A stretch of DNA of 64,000 bases from the human T2T-CHM13v2.0 reference genome, Homo sapiens. This document shows positions 1 through 13,625 of the stretch, one piece after another (the stretch's first letter is position 1; each line of letters opens with the position of its first letter). The DNA lies in NCBI RefSeq assembly GCF_009914755.1, contig NC_060940.1. One strand, given 5' to 3'. The notes under the pieces were generated by a model. It was not told the origin of the DNA. It worked only from the letters and a program-made list of their open reading frames with translations, and did not search any database. A program made the translations under genes and the position numbers.

Positions 1-709
<709 letters not shown>

Positions 710-974
710 GATGCCTCTTAAAGGGTTTCCAACTTGCAGGCGTCTCAAACTGCAGCAATGGGAGACACGGGGACCTGCATCTTGGAGTTAGACTCGCGTT
801 TCTGTGGGCTACATTCTGAGGTCTGGACAGCAGAGGGCGCTCTGAGACATAACCCGTCCTGTTTGTAGAGCGGGGACGTCCAGAAACAGGTCCCAGGGCT
901 CAGTGAGCTTCTTTCTCCTTGGAGCTTCCTCCAGCCCAGAGGGCAAAGGAAGGACACACCCTCCTTTTCACGCA

Positions 975-1023
975 TCTCTCTCTCTCTGTCTCTCTGTCTC
1001 TCTCTCTCTCTCTCCCTTCCTCT
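975..1023. repeat. (TC)n microsatellite in an Alu tail
   Basis: TC/TG dinucleotide run between the TSD copy CGCATCTCT (971-979) and the Alu poly-T. Confidence 0.85.
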
Positions 1024-1320
<297 letters not shown>

Positions 1321-1804
1321 CGCATCTCTTCTTGCAGTGGCACTTTGCCCACAGGCAGGGGACTTGCAGGATGGCTCTGGCCAAACCCATTACTCACCAG
1401 GCAGCTGCTGTGATTCCCTCTCCTCTAGCTGCCGGGCTCTGCCTCCTACAGGGTCCTTGCCAGCAGGAACGTCTTGCAGCAGGTCACAGCTCTGCAAGGC
1501 TGGAAACATAATTTCACCACCAAGAATTCTTTGCACAGACTCTGACTTGGCACAGCCCCTGAAAGCAAGCACACTTTTTATAAGGGTCTGCGGCAGGCTT
1601 ACAATGCTGGAAAAATGTGCCTTTTCCCAGTTTCAGTTGCATGTAGCGTCTGGCATTGCTCTGCCCTAACTCACAGTGCACGAGGACTTTATTCTTGAAG
1701 TAGCCTGGCACAGGGGTAAGTGCAGGGTCACTGACTTGACAGACCTGGATGCGAGCCCTGGCCCACTGCCTCGCATGCATTATTTCCTCACTATAGCCCA
1801 TGGG

Positions 1805-1910
1805 GTTTTTAATCCCCATTTTACAAGTTAAGGATCAGAAGCACAGAGAGGTTAAGTGACTTTCACAAGGTTAGACAGCCAATAAAGCTGGAGCTGGGAT
1901 TTGAATTTGC
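1805..1910 (-). mobile_element. MIR fragment
   Basis: CCCATTTTACA...CACAGAGAGGTTAAGTGACTT...GCTGGGATTTGAA, MIR core in antisense. Confidence 0.75.
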
Positions 1911-2225
1911 ATCAGCCTACCCCAGAATTCAGTCAGTCCAATCTGGTGGAGTACCTTGTGAGCACCTAGCACATGGTAAGTGTTTACTGAATCAACGAAC
2001 ACATGCAAGCCCTCGGCATGGGCCAACCTCTAAGGGTCTTTTCAAATAACTTCCTCATCTTTTGTCCCTTTGCCACTACTCCAAACCTAATCAAAGGTCA
2101 ACAATGAAAGCAGATAACTCAGATGTCCAGTGGTCTCCAACTAACCAATTACCCCCGAGCCACTTCTAGACCTGTGCTGTGGGCAGCACCTCGTTTTGGG
2201 ATGGATGTTAAGAATCCCATTCCCA

Positions 2226-2551
2226 GGCTGGGCGTGGGCATGGATGGCTCGTGCCTGTAATCCCAACACTTTGGGAGGCCGAGGTGGGCGGATCACAAGG
2301 TCAAGAGTTTGAGACCAGCCTGGCCAACATGGCGAAACCCCCGTCTCTATAAAAATACAAAAATTAGCCGGGCGTGGTGGTGGGTGCCTGTAATCCCAGC
2401 TACCCGGGAGGCTGAGGCAGGAGAATCGTTTGAACCCCAGAGGAAAGGTTGCAGTGATCCGAGATCGCACTGCTGCACTCCAGCCTGGGCGACAGAGAGA
2501 GACCTTGTCACAAAACAAAACAAAACAAAACAAAACAAAACAAAACAAAAC
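2226..2551 (+). mobile_element. AluS with (CAAAA)n tail
   Basis: Full Alu dimer followed by a pentanucleotide A-rich tail. Confidence 0.95.
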
Positions 2552-2569
2552 ACCATGTTGGCCCAAGGC

Positions 2570-2830
2570 CAGCGTGTCTCAGTGAAGGCTGCACGTTAGA
2601 ATCACCTGGGCGACTGTTTCAAGGCGCCCACCCCAGACACAGCTACAGTTTCAAGTTCCCCTCAGGTGATTCTAATGCAGGTTCAAGCCACTGCATGCAT
2701 CCCACGTTGCGTGATCACGAAAGTCACCTGGGAAATTGGTTGAAAACACCAATCTCTTGGCTCCAACCCAGAGCTACTTAATCAGAATCTCCAGGGGGAA
2801 CAGATCTGAGCTTAACAGCCCACAGGTGAA
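2570..2830. mobile_element. MER5A-like hAT-Charlie fragments (about two copies)
   Basis: TTAGAATCACCTGGG, CAGGTGATTCTAATGCA and TAATCAGAATCT motifs typical of MER5A. Confidence 0.6.
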
Positions 2831-3035
2831 CACCTTGAGGCCAAAGGAACCCATTCATAAAGGGGTGGGGGCCCAGCTTCTTCTGAAGAAGGCTGGCGGG
2901 AGTTGGGGGGAGGTCCGCAATGCAAGGTTGCCCTCCACACATCAACCCCTCCCCCAGGACTGTACCCACCTGCCCGCATTTGAATCTGGGCCACCTTCCC
3001 GGCCCGCGGCGCGGAGTTGGCGGTCATATCCCGCG

Positions 3036-3054
3036 TGAGCACCAGGTGGCGCTA
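3036..3054 (+). promoter_or_regulatory. CTCF binding motif in a short CpG-rich patch
   Basis: TGAGCACCAGGTGGCGCTA vs consensus TGGCCACCAGGGGGCGCTA; CpGs are locally retained at about 2995-3190. Confidence 0.7.
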
Positions 3055-3244
3055 GGGCCCCGCGCTTGTCCTGGAGCCCCGGCAGCTGCTGCGCTTCCCC
3101 CAATTAATCTCTCTTCTGAAACCATAGCTGCTGAGAAGCTGCAGAGGGAGCCTGCGCCGTCTGGATTACGTGGCAGTGACCCGATGGTCCTGCCACACAG
3201 GTCAAGTTCCTTTAAAAGTCTTGTCCTTGATCTCGAAAATCCAT

Positions 3245-3254
3245 GGGAATTTCC
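3245..3254 (+). promoter_or_regulatory. NF-kB consensus site
   Basis: GGGAATTTCC fits GGGRNWYYCC and sits in the near-palindrome ATGGGAA-T-TTCCCAT. Confidence 0.4.
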
Positions 3255-4659
3255 CATTTTGCTCCATGGTGCGCTGCTGTGTTTGTTTTAACACAGAAAT
3301 AAGTATTTCCATAAATTCCACAAGACACAGCTCCCAAAGATGCACCTGCTTTTACAGGTTTCTTGGCCCTGCACCCCCTCGGAGGTGAATGGAGCCTCCC
3401 TGGTGTGAGAAGTGCAATCCACGTGGTTGGGGTGTAGGTCTCCCTCCTGATCTAAGAGGGAGAAAATGAGATGGGTGGGCACTCCCCACACCTGTTTCTT
3501 CATCTTTGCCACACTTCTGCTAGGGGAAGGACAGGGCGTCCATCCTCAGGGCCAAGCCAGAGCATTCTCATCTGCTCAATAAATTTCAATTTACTTCTGA
3601 GCACGTGTCGTTATCAAATTATCTGTGTGGCGCTTTCCACTCCCACTCTTCTGAAGATGAGCATGTGTAACAGAGCGGAACACATCTGGGCAGCCGAGGA
3701 AAGGCCTCACTTTAGGAACCGGGAAATAGAAACTCAGGGAGGTGGCAGAGAGGCCAGGCCCTGCGGGGCAGGCGGCAGGGGAGCCATGGTGGGGCCCAGC
3801 TCTGGACAGAGCTCTGGGCTGCCCCGCATCCTGGGTGAGGGCCCTGACCGCTTCCTGCTCACTTTTACCATCGGGAAGGGGCCTAGTCATAGAACTTCTG
3901 GCAGCAGTGACTTATGAGGATTCAAAAGCAGATCCCATTGTGCTGGCTGCAGATAGTGCTGGCTCACTAAGGCGATGGCTTCTTGTGGACCGTCTGGCGG
4001 AGGTGATACTGGAACCCACACTGCTGCATCCAAGTCATCCAGCAGCTGTTCAGCCCCCTTATGTGGCCGCTATGCTGGAAATACCCGGTTTTAAAGGGAA
4101 AACAAAGTTTCCAGAGACCTTTTCAGGGCCTTCTTATTTGATATCCTTTTGGCTCTACGAATACAGTGGTTGCGTCCAGGCCTACCTTCCTTGTCTATTC
4201 AGATCACAGAGAGACACTTGAGTTGGCAGAAGAGACCCCTGTCTTCAAAGGCTCGCCCCACCCCAACACCACTGGGAGAGAGAAGTGTTTTTTCCAGAGT
4301 GGCTTAGCAGCCTGGGTTTGTGCATCTGACCCAAGGCTCTGTGGACCTCCAGATGTATGGGGTGGTAGCCCGAGGGGTTTGGGGTGGGAGGGTCAGTGAG
4401 TCTGTGGGGGTGGTTAGTGTCTCAAAAGCCACAGATATAAACAAGCCATGTTTTCCTGGGGTATCATTTTCACTCAAAGTTTTGGAAAAAAGTTCTTGTT
4501 GTTTATAAGTAAAACAAACATGGATATACAATGGAATGAAATAAAAAGCCCAAGTCAATCTTAAAATACACAAATTCAAAGAAATTTGCATTGCAGGCCA
4601 GCTTGAGCTACTCTTGGGAGAGGGTTCTCCTTTGGTTAAAGCAACCTGAAGAAACATAA

Positions 4660-4773
4660 GTCCATCAACACATATTTCTTGAGTACCTACCATGTGCAAG
4701 GCACCGTGCTAGATGCTGAAGGGGACAGAAAATGTGAGATACAGTTCCTGTTCAGGAGGATCTTGTGGTCTAG
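4660..4773 (-). mobile_element. L2 3' fragment
   Basis: CATATTTCTTGAGTACCTACCATGTGCAAGGCACCGTGCTAGATGCTG, L2 3' end in antisense. Confidence 0.7.
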
Positions 4774-4787
4774 AGAGTAGTCTTGGC

Positions 4788-5391
4788 TTCACCTTCATCA
4801 TCACCATCACCATCATCATTATCATTGCCATCATAACCATCACCATCATCACCATCATCATCATCACCATCAACATCATCATCACCATCAACATCACCAT
4901 CACCATCCTCATCATCAACATCACCATCACCATCACCATCATCACCATCACTGTCCTCATCATCACCATCACCATCATCACCATCATCATCATCACCATC
5001 AACATCATCATCACCATCACCATCATCACCATCATCATCACCATCAACATCACCATCACCATCCTCATCATCATCATCACCATCATCACCATCATCATCA
5101 CCATCAACATCATCATCACCATCATCATCATCATCACCATCACCATCATCATCACCATCAACATCACCATCACCATCACCATCCTCATCATCAACATCAC
5201 CATCACCATCAACATCACCACCATCACCATCACCATCCTCATCATCACCACCATCATCACCATCATCACCATCATTGTCATCATCACCATAATCACCATC
5301 ATGATCATCATCACTGTCACCATCACCATTATCATCACCATCAGCATCTTCATCCTCATCGTCATTGCCACCATCACCATTGTCATCTTCA
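4788..5391. repeat. (CAT/CAC)n degenerate trinucleotide repeat, about 600 bp
   Basis: Continuous CAT/CAC/CAA triplets; the source of the poly-Ile/Thr and poly-Met/Val ORFs. Confidence 0.97.
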
Positions 5392-5409
5392 TAGGCTTAA
5401 AGACAATGG

Positions 5410-5490
5410 TGTCTGTTCTGTTTCTCCTGTAACCTTAGCTTCTAGGATATTGTCTGGCACATATTAGGCATTCAATAAACACTTAATGCA
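5410..5490 (+). mobile_element. L2 3' fragment
   Basis: GTCTGGCACATATTAGGCATTCAATAAACAC, L2 terminus. Confidence 0.65.
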
Positions 5491-5519
5491 TGCCTTGTCA
5501 TCATAAATCATGCTAACAG

Positions 5520-5720
5520 CTATGTTGTACATTGTGTCACCTAATCCTACAACCCTAAGATATAGGAGGTATGGTTTTCTGTTCCAGATGGAGACACCAA
5601 GAAAGGCCGAACAACTTCCAAAGGCTGTATGTCAAACAGGTGATAGGACCGGGATTCAGACACAAGTCTGTCCACTTCCAGGGCCAGGGTGTTCAGCCTT
5701 GAGCCATGGTAGCCTGGCTA
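5520..5720 (-). mobile_element. MIR fragment
   Basis: CTAATCCTACAACCCTAAGA...CAGATGGAGACAC...GGGATTCAGACACAAGTCTG. Confidence 0.6.
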
Positions 5721-6319
5721 ATAGCACAGACTTCAGATAAGAGTTGAGCTCAGAGGGAGCAAGCCCTTGAGGCCAACTTGGTCAGGGGTGGCTGTGGCTT
5801 GGCTCCTCCACTGGATATCGAGGCAAGTCATGTCCAGATACCAGAGAGTGCCAACTGGAGGTGACCACATGTGGTCAGAGGGTGTGGCCAACAGGGGACT
5901 CAGGCAGTCATTCTGTGTGCGGGCTTCCTGGCTAATAGCCATGTAGGCTTCTGGTGCTGCCCAGGCATCCCACACAAGCTGTGGGTGTGCTGGGCTGGAG
6001 GGGGGTCCCTGGGGTTTTCCCTTTGATCAGGAGCCTTCTGGGGATTTGGGGGAGGACGCGTCTTCAGACTCTCTGGGGTCACCTGGGAAGCAGAGTCATG
6101 AGGCTGCCCAGAGGACTTTCCCAGCCATTGGGGCCACTACTTCCTCAAACCTCCTCGTGGTCTTTTTGGAAAACCCCAGGTTGGGATCCTCATGGGTGTG
6201 GAGGAGCCAGTGGTCTGGGGCTGTGAGGGATATGAGCCAGGGTGACCGTGCACCCACGTCGGGTTGCCTGGGTGCACCGCCTGGTCAGAGCCAATGGCAG
6301 GACTGGACAGTGGGTGTGA

Positions 6320-6773
6320 CAGTGTCCTGGGATTGTTGTAACAAACGGCCCCACTCTGGGAGGCCTAGAACAACAGAGATGTGTTCCACACGGTCCTGGA
6401 GGCCAGAGCCTTCATCAGAGCATTGCCGGGGGGCACGCTGTCTGCGGGCTCCGGGGGAGGGGCTGCCTGGCCTCTCCCAGCTTCTGGCGCTCCCTGGCGT
6501 TCCTTGGCTTTGGCCACTTCACCCCAGTCTCTGCCTCCATTGTCTCACGGCCGTCCCCCTGGTGCCTGCAAATCCCTCTCTGCTTTTTCTTATAAGGACA
6601 GCTGTCATTGGATTTAGGGCCCACCCTAATCCAGCATGACCTCATCTTAACCTGATTACATCTGCAAAGACCCTATTTCCAAATAAGGTCATATCCATTG
6701 GCTCAGGACTTCAACAACTTTAACATACTTCTGGGGTGGGGGGACCCAATCCAGCCCACGACAGATGGCACTG
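6320..6773 (-). mobile_element. MLT1 (MaLR) solo LTR, MLT1C-like
   Basis: TTATAAGGACA...CATTGGATTTAGGGCCCACCCTAATCCAGCATGACCTCATCTTAA...CATCTGCAAAGACCCTATTTCCAAATAAGGTCA. Confidence 0.85.
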
Positions 6774-8386
6774 CCTTCCCCCGCACATCCCTGCAGACAG
6801 GGCACCAGAGTCACCAGGCCTCGTCCAGGACTGGCCATAGTAAACTACCCGAGAGCTCAGCTCTAGGCTCAGGAGTTTGCCTGTTCCAGAATACAAGGGT
6901 TGTTCAATGCCCTGCCCTGCTCTGTAACCCCTTCGGCAGAGCATCACCTGGATTTCTGGTGGGAAGTCACACTTCCCATGCCCAGCCACGTGGGGGCAGG
7001 TGACTCAGCATCCCCCAGGCCAGGGGTGGGCGTGGGACCCGGCCCGAGCCACCTGCACATCCCAATTTTCTGGGAGAGGGATTGTTCACGGATGGGCATG
7101 TGATGTATATGGGTTCACTGGACTCCAGGACTTCTGCTGGAGTGACTGAGGGACAGCATTACTTTCTGCTGCGTGTGGAGATGCAAGGGTGTGTGTGTGC
7201 ACCCGTTTGGGGGACCCCAGGTGGAAGGCGCTCGCCTGGAGGTGAAGCCCTCGGAGACCCTGTTTTCTCGTGTGATTGGCAAGCCCTGCTACCCCTGGAA
7301 CTTTTGCTTATTTGAGACAATACTTTCCATTTTTTCTCCTTTTTTCACTCAAGACAGTTTAGGTTGGATTTTTTTTTTTTTTTTTTTTATCATTCATAAG
7401 ATAAACAGCCCTGACCTAACACACAGATCCTAAGACTTTTGGAGTTCCCAGCCCCTGAAAATCCAACACAAGCTGACAATCCTCTCCCAGAAGTACATGC
7501 AAGATCACAGAACCTCTTGCACTCAAGCTGCTAGGCCCGTGGATCTCTTCCATGGACCTTCAAGGTACCAAGAATCTCAGGCTAAAATTTACTTTTAAAA
7601 ATGTTTGAAAAGTCCTTGGAAGCCTGCGCTGGCGGCTTCCTGAGACTTTCTGGGCTGGGAGATTGGTAGGACGGGCTGTTGATGGGCAGGCTGTTCCTCC
7701 CAGGCATCCCCAAGCCAGTGGAAGCGTGGGATATCCGTGTCTCCAACTCCTGCTGTGGTGTGGGCGCCTTCCTCTTCTCTGTCATTCCTCACTGCAGCGT
7801 CCCCTGCTCACCTTGTTTTGAGTAGAAATATGTCCCCCACTCTCAGATGCGGGCAGGAGGAGAGTAAACAGGTGTGACCACGCTGCGGGGCTGTCTGGCC
7901 ACGCCGGGCACAGCTGGCCGTGGAGGTCCCTGCCCGAGTGTTTATCAAGGGAGGAATGGAGAAATGAACTGCGGCAGGGCTACACCCGAGAGTCGCATCC
8001 TGCAGTTAATCTGGAAGCAGCAGATGTACCTGCGTCAACAGGAAGGATTTTGGAAACATGCAGGGGGCATGAGAAGAGAGGCTGCTGAGGGTCTGTGCCA
8101 TAGGAAGCCTCTACTGACAAATGTTAAACAGAAGGTGGCAATAGACCGTTCCTACAGATGCCTTCAGCTGCAGCAGAAGAAATACAGGCATGTGGAATCC
8201 ATACCAACCCCGGGAAAGGAGGGCAGGGAGCGGAACTGGGAGAATGAAGGGGCCCCCACTGTATCTGAGATGTTTTCGTTCTCTGAAGCAAACACAGAAA
8301 AACTGTCCTGCACGGGTTTGCTCCAGGCAGCACAATTCACTCCCCAAAAATCTTGCGTCCAGAGGCCTCGCCACGCTGCGGGCTTC

Positions 8387-8665
8387 ACACACTCATGCAC
8401 AAAGCATGCACACATGTGGACACACATGTGCACACACATGAACAAAGCACACACTTGCACACACGTACACACGTGGACACACACATGAACAAAGCACACA
8501 CACGGATGCCACACACATGCACACACACGCAGTAAGCACACACTTGCACACACATGCACAAATCATGCACACGTTTACACACATACACACACGAACAAAG
8601 CACACACATGGACACCATACACATGCACACACACTCACAAAGCACACACGGGCACAGATGTGTAC
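8387..8665. repeat. CA-rich low-complexity repeat (CACACATG/CACAAAG variants)
   Basis: Degenerate (CA)n-based tract. Confidence 0.9.
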
Positions 8666-8912
8666 ACCCACTGACGAGTCTCTACACCCCTTCACACTGG
8701 GTCCATTCTGGGACTTCCTGGTTATGTGGGTCCATACATTTCTTTTTCCCTTACTTCATCAGGGTGGGCGGGCTTCTGTTACTTGTGACCAAAGACCTCT
8801 AACGCCGATGCACTTCACGAGATCAATGTGGACATCTTGGATCTGTGGGGGACCTTTTATGCACTGATCCAGTCCACCCACCCGTGTCATGGACAGAAAG
8901 ACCCCAGGCTCA

Positions 8913-9309
<397 letters not shown>

Positions 9310-10284
9310 CTAGCACCCACCCCACACCAGATGCACAAGAGGGGGCTGAGAGTGGGCATGGGGGTGGGGGCCCCCAGGGCCTCAAGTTATCACCCCAACT
9401 CCAGGCTCTCTCCACACTCTCTCCCTGCAGAGCAGCTGCCGCCCAATCTCTGCTCGTGGAGACGAGCGTTGGTCACTGGCCATGAAACCCTTCGTGAAGT
9501 TTTTGAAATAAAAATAATAATAACAGATAGTTGGGGACTGGAGCAGCGGGAGGCTGGGCTGTTTATGCTGTGAGTGAATTATGTATTCTGTCCGTTTCCA
9601 GAGAACGGATCTTTCAGATGTTTATGTAATAAAGATCCTTGTGGAACTCAGGGTCAGAAAAGCCAAGTCAGTGTTTGTTTCAGGTGTCTGAGCAGCCTGT
9701 ATTTTTCTTTCTTTGGGTTTGAAAAGTGTAGCGGGTTCCTCAAGTCAGGGTTGCTGTTTTTATACAGCTGGTGGTGGAGGCTGGGGGATGGGCCTCGGGA
9801 GTGACCTGCACAGGCTGATGGCAGAAGGTGGGGTCAGATGGCCCTTGGAGGCCGGAGGGGCTGTGGCGGGACCCTCGATAAACCCACGATTCCAATTCCA
9901 TGGTGACACCTTAGGGCGGGCCTGGCCCAACGCTGTATGTTGGGTACTTGAATCCCGAATGTGTGTTTTGGGATAAATAGTGGAGCCCAGTGTCTTTGAT
10001 GCAAAGATCACCAGCCACTTGGCTAATATTCTTCCTTGTATTTTTTCAGTGCTAGGGAGGAAAACTGTACAGTTTTTTGCTTTAAAATTATATGATTATT
10101 ATATAATTATATTATTATGTAAAGTTTTTTGCTTTAAAATTATTATAAAAGATTTCAAACACACAGAATGTATAAAGGGTAATACAGTGAATCCCCATGG
10201 ACCCATCAGCTGGTATAAGAATGCCACATTATCCGGGACCCAGTGTTAATCTCGCCCCCGCCCTCCCCACAGAAGGGATTCTCC

Positions 10285-10729
10285 TGGGTGCAGGTGTTTT
10301 TGGGTGTAGGTGGTTTTGGTTGCAGGTGTTTTTGGGTGTAGGTATTTTTGGGTGCAGGTGTTTTTGGGTGTAGGTGTTTTTGGGTGCAGGTGTTTTTGGG
10401 TGTAGGTGTTTTTGGGTGTAGGTGTTTTTTATTGTAGGTGTTTTTGGGTGTAGGTGTTTTTGGTTGCAGGTGTTTTGGTTGTGTTTTTGGGTGTAGGTGT
10501 TTTTTATTGTAGGTGTTTTTGGGCGTAGGTGTTTTTGGGTGTAGGTGTTTTTGGGTGTAGGTGTTTCTGGGTGCAGGTGTTTTTGGTTGCAGGTGTTTTT
10601 GGTTGCAGGTGTTTTTGGTTTGTAGGTGTTTTTGGGTGTAGGTGTTTTTTATTGTAGGTGTTTTTGGGTGTAGGTGTTTTTGGTTGCAGGTGTTTTTGGT
10701 TGCACGTGTTTTTGGTTGTTGGTGTTTTT
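10285..10729. repeat. 16-bp minisatellite (YAGGTGTTTTTGGKTG), about 28 copies
   Basis: Tandem units with recurring variant endings GGGTG, GGTTG and TATTG. Confidence 0.97.
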
Positions 10730-12002
10730 CTCTGCCCCTCGATATTTCCTTCCGAAATGGGTGAACTCGGGCATGAGTCTCCACTCACCAAAGGATCCTC
10801 CCACGTCTGTGTGGCCTGGGCGGTACGTGGGCACCTGTGGGCACCTGGTGAGATGCTAGGTGGTTCTGCCTGGGGAAGTGGTTCCATCCGCCTCCCTGAG
10901 CTCAACACAGTTATCTTGCCAGCACACCCAGCGTCACAGCGGCACCCCTTTGGAGGACTCCCGGGAGGGTGGGATGGGATGGCACTCTCTCCTTGGGTGA
11001 ACAGGAAGTCTCTGTAAACACCAGCAATTATGACTGCGCAGCCTCCGGGCACGCTTGGGCACCATCACCCAGGGACAGGGAGGAGAGGTGCTTCCAGTGG
11101 CTCTTGGGTCTGCTGGGGGCTTGTCCTTAGGACCATTTTAACGTCTTCCCAGACAGACAAACTGGGCTCCTTCCTCAAAATAAAAAAGCAAATGAAAGGG
11201 TTTTTTTCATCAACTGTTTAGCAACCCAGGCAGGGAAAAAGCAATCAGAGACGTGGAAACAGCCCCGGGGGCCACCGTGCAGGGGCTGTGCTTCCCTGCG
11301 GTGAGCCCACAGAGGCCGGGACCACACCGGCAGGAGCTGCACCCGCCTGGGAAAAGGGGAACAGGAAAAGCATGGCCGGTTGAGCAACTCGGAGTCCAGA
11401 TTGGGGCCGAGGCAACCACAAGCCCATGGACGCCGCAGCGGGAGGCGAAGGGGCAGGAAGCGCCCTCCACGGGGCCTGCTGCAGCTGGGTGGGCGCTGAG
11501 GCCCCTCCCTGCCAGGGCCATTTCTCAGGACAGACCTGGCCCATCGCACCCCCAGGAGCCAGCAGCGATTGGCCTAAACAAGCCGTAGCTGCAAAGGATG
11601 GACCTCTGAGAGAATAGAATGTGGGCAGGAGTGGGTAGGACCGGGCAGGCTTGAAGGACTGTGGTGGGGTCCCTGGGCAGCAGAGGCCAAGGCTGGTGTC
11701 AGAAGGTGGACGGGCTCCTTTGCAGACTGGCTCCCTCCTTCATTCCTATTGCAACCAGCACCATGTCCATTTGGGATGGGAGTCCAGCCTTCAAATCTGA
11801 GGGCCAGACAGCTGGTGGCAGAGTCCCCGAGCTCCTTGCTCTGGGCTATGGCTGTCCTGATGGACCCCCAGCCTGCCTCTCCCAGGAAGCTGCTGGGCTC
11901 TCTGGAGTGATGTTGCCATATCCCTGCCCTGGTTACTTCCTGACATCCTCTCTCCTGTTCCTGCCTTGGGTGGACGTAATTTACTTATAAAACTCTACAA
12001 GG

Positions 12003-12298
<296 letters not shown>

Positions 12299-12319
12299 AA
12301 ACTCTACAAGGAACTCTGT

Positions 12320-13310
12320 CAGAGAAAGTTCAGAAAAAGAAAAACCATGATCGCTTATCCCGCTCTCTGAACACCGTAGCTATTGTAATTTTGGTATATT
12401 TCCTTCCAGACTTTTCCCCCTAATGCCTACTTTTGCATATAATTGAAATCATATCATAGACATAGTTGGGTAGCCAGACTTTTCCCCACACAATCCCATG
12501 ATCGTTTCACATGCCGTTTCATGCATTTCCTCATCAGCCCTGATGGATTTGGATTGCTGTTTTACTCTGAAGTTTTAAAGGGAGCATTTTCGTATGGAAG
12601 ATTTCAAACACACACAAAAATGTGGTGGATACTCAAAAGAGCTCCTCATGCTCCCACACCCAGTTTCAACGATGATTGGCATAGCGCTCGCCCACCCTGG
12701 TATTTTTAAAATTATTGTGGCAAAATAGACATAGCCTAAATGTTACCATTTCAACCTTCTTTGAGTGCACACTTCAGTGGCATTAAGCACGTTTACGCTG
12801 TTGTGGAACTAGCACCACCGTCCATCTCCAGAACTTTTTCATCTTTGAAATGGAAACTTTGTCCCCATTAAATATTCACTAACATTCCCCGTCCCCCAGC
12901 CTCTGAACCCTACCTTCTGCTACTAATTGAAACTCTGTCCCCATTAAACATTCACTCCCATTCCCCATCCCCCAGCCTCTGAACACCACCATTTGACTTT
13001 CTGCTGCTACGATTTTGACTACTCTAGGAACCTCATATACGTGGAATCATAGTATTGTCCTTTTTGTTTGTCTCGTTTCACTCAGCATAATGTTTTCAAG
13101 GTTCATGCAGGTCATAGCATGTATCAGAATTTCCTTTTCAAGGCTGAATAATATTCCACCATCTGAATATCTGACTATATCACCCTTTGTTTATTCATTC
13201 ATCTGTTGACAGACATTTGTGTGGTTTGATGCTGGTGTTTTTAAACAAGTTGCAGACATTGTCTTGTTTCATCCATGAATGTGTCCAAATAGTCTTAGAG
13301 ATGAAGGCTT
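12320..13310 (-). mobile_element. Old L1M (L1MB/ME-like) 3' fragments, including a 76-bp tandem duplication (copies start 12853 and 12929)
   Basis: CAGTGGCATTAAGCAC...CCATCTCCAGAACTTTTTCATC...GGAATCATAGTATTGTCC...CACTCAGCATAATGTTTTCAAGGTTCAT. Confidence 0.75.
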
Positions 13311-13330
13311 AAAAAAAAAAAAGAAAACTG

Positions 13331-13625
13331 GCCAGGTACTGTTGCTTGTGCCTATAATCCCAACATTTTGGGAGGCTGCAGTGGGCAGATCACTTGAGCC
13401 CAGGAGTTTGAGACCAACCTGGGCAACATGGTGAGACTCTGTCTCAACAAAAAATTAAAAAATTAGCTGGGTGAGGTGGTGTGCACCTGTAGTTCCAGGT
13501 ACTCAAGAGGCTGAGGTGGGAAGTTTGCTTGAGCCCAGGAGGTCAAGGCTGTAATGAGCTGTGATCCCACCACTAAACTCCAGCCTGGGAGACAGAGTAA
13601 GACCTTGTCTCAAAAAACCAAAACA
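13331..13625 (+). mobile_element. AluJ
   Basis: TTGAGCCCAGGAG J-type diagnostics; dimer. Confidence 0.9.

Noticed and set aside
4709-5432. 227-239 aa ORFs (poly Met/Val, poly Ile/Thr)
   Set aside because: Translation of a stop-free CAT/CAC triplet repeat; no gene context.
10206-10784. 192-aa KTP/KHL-repeat ORF and CRISPR-like regular periodicity
   Set aside because: Head-to-tail 16-bp VNTR with no unique spacers and no cas genes, in primate DNA.
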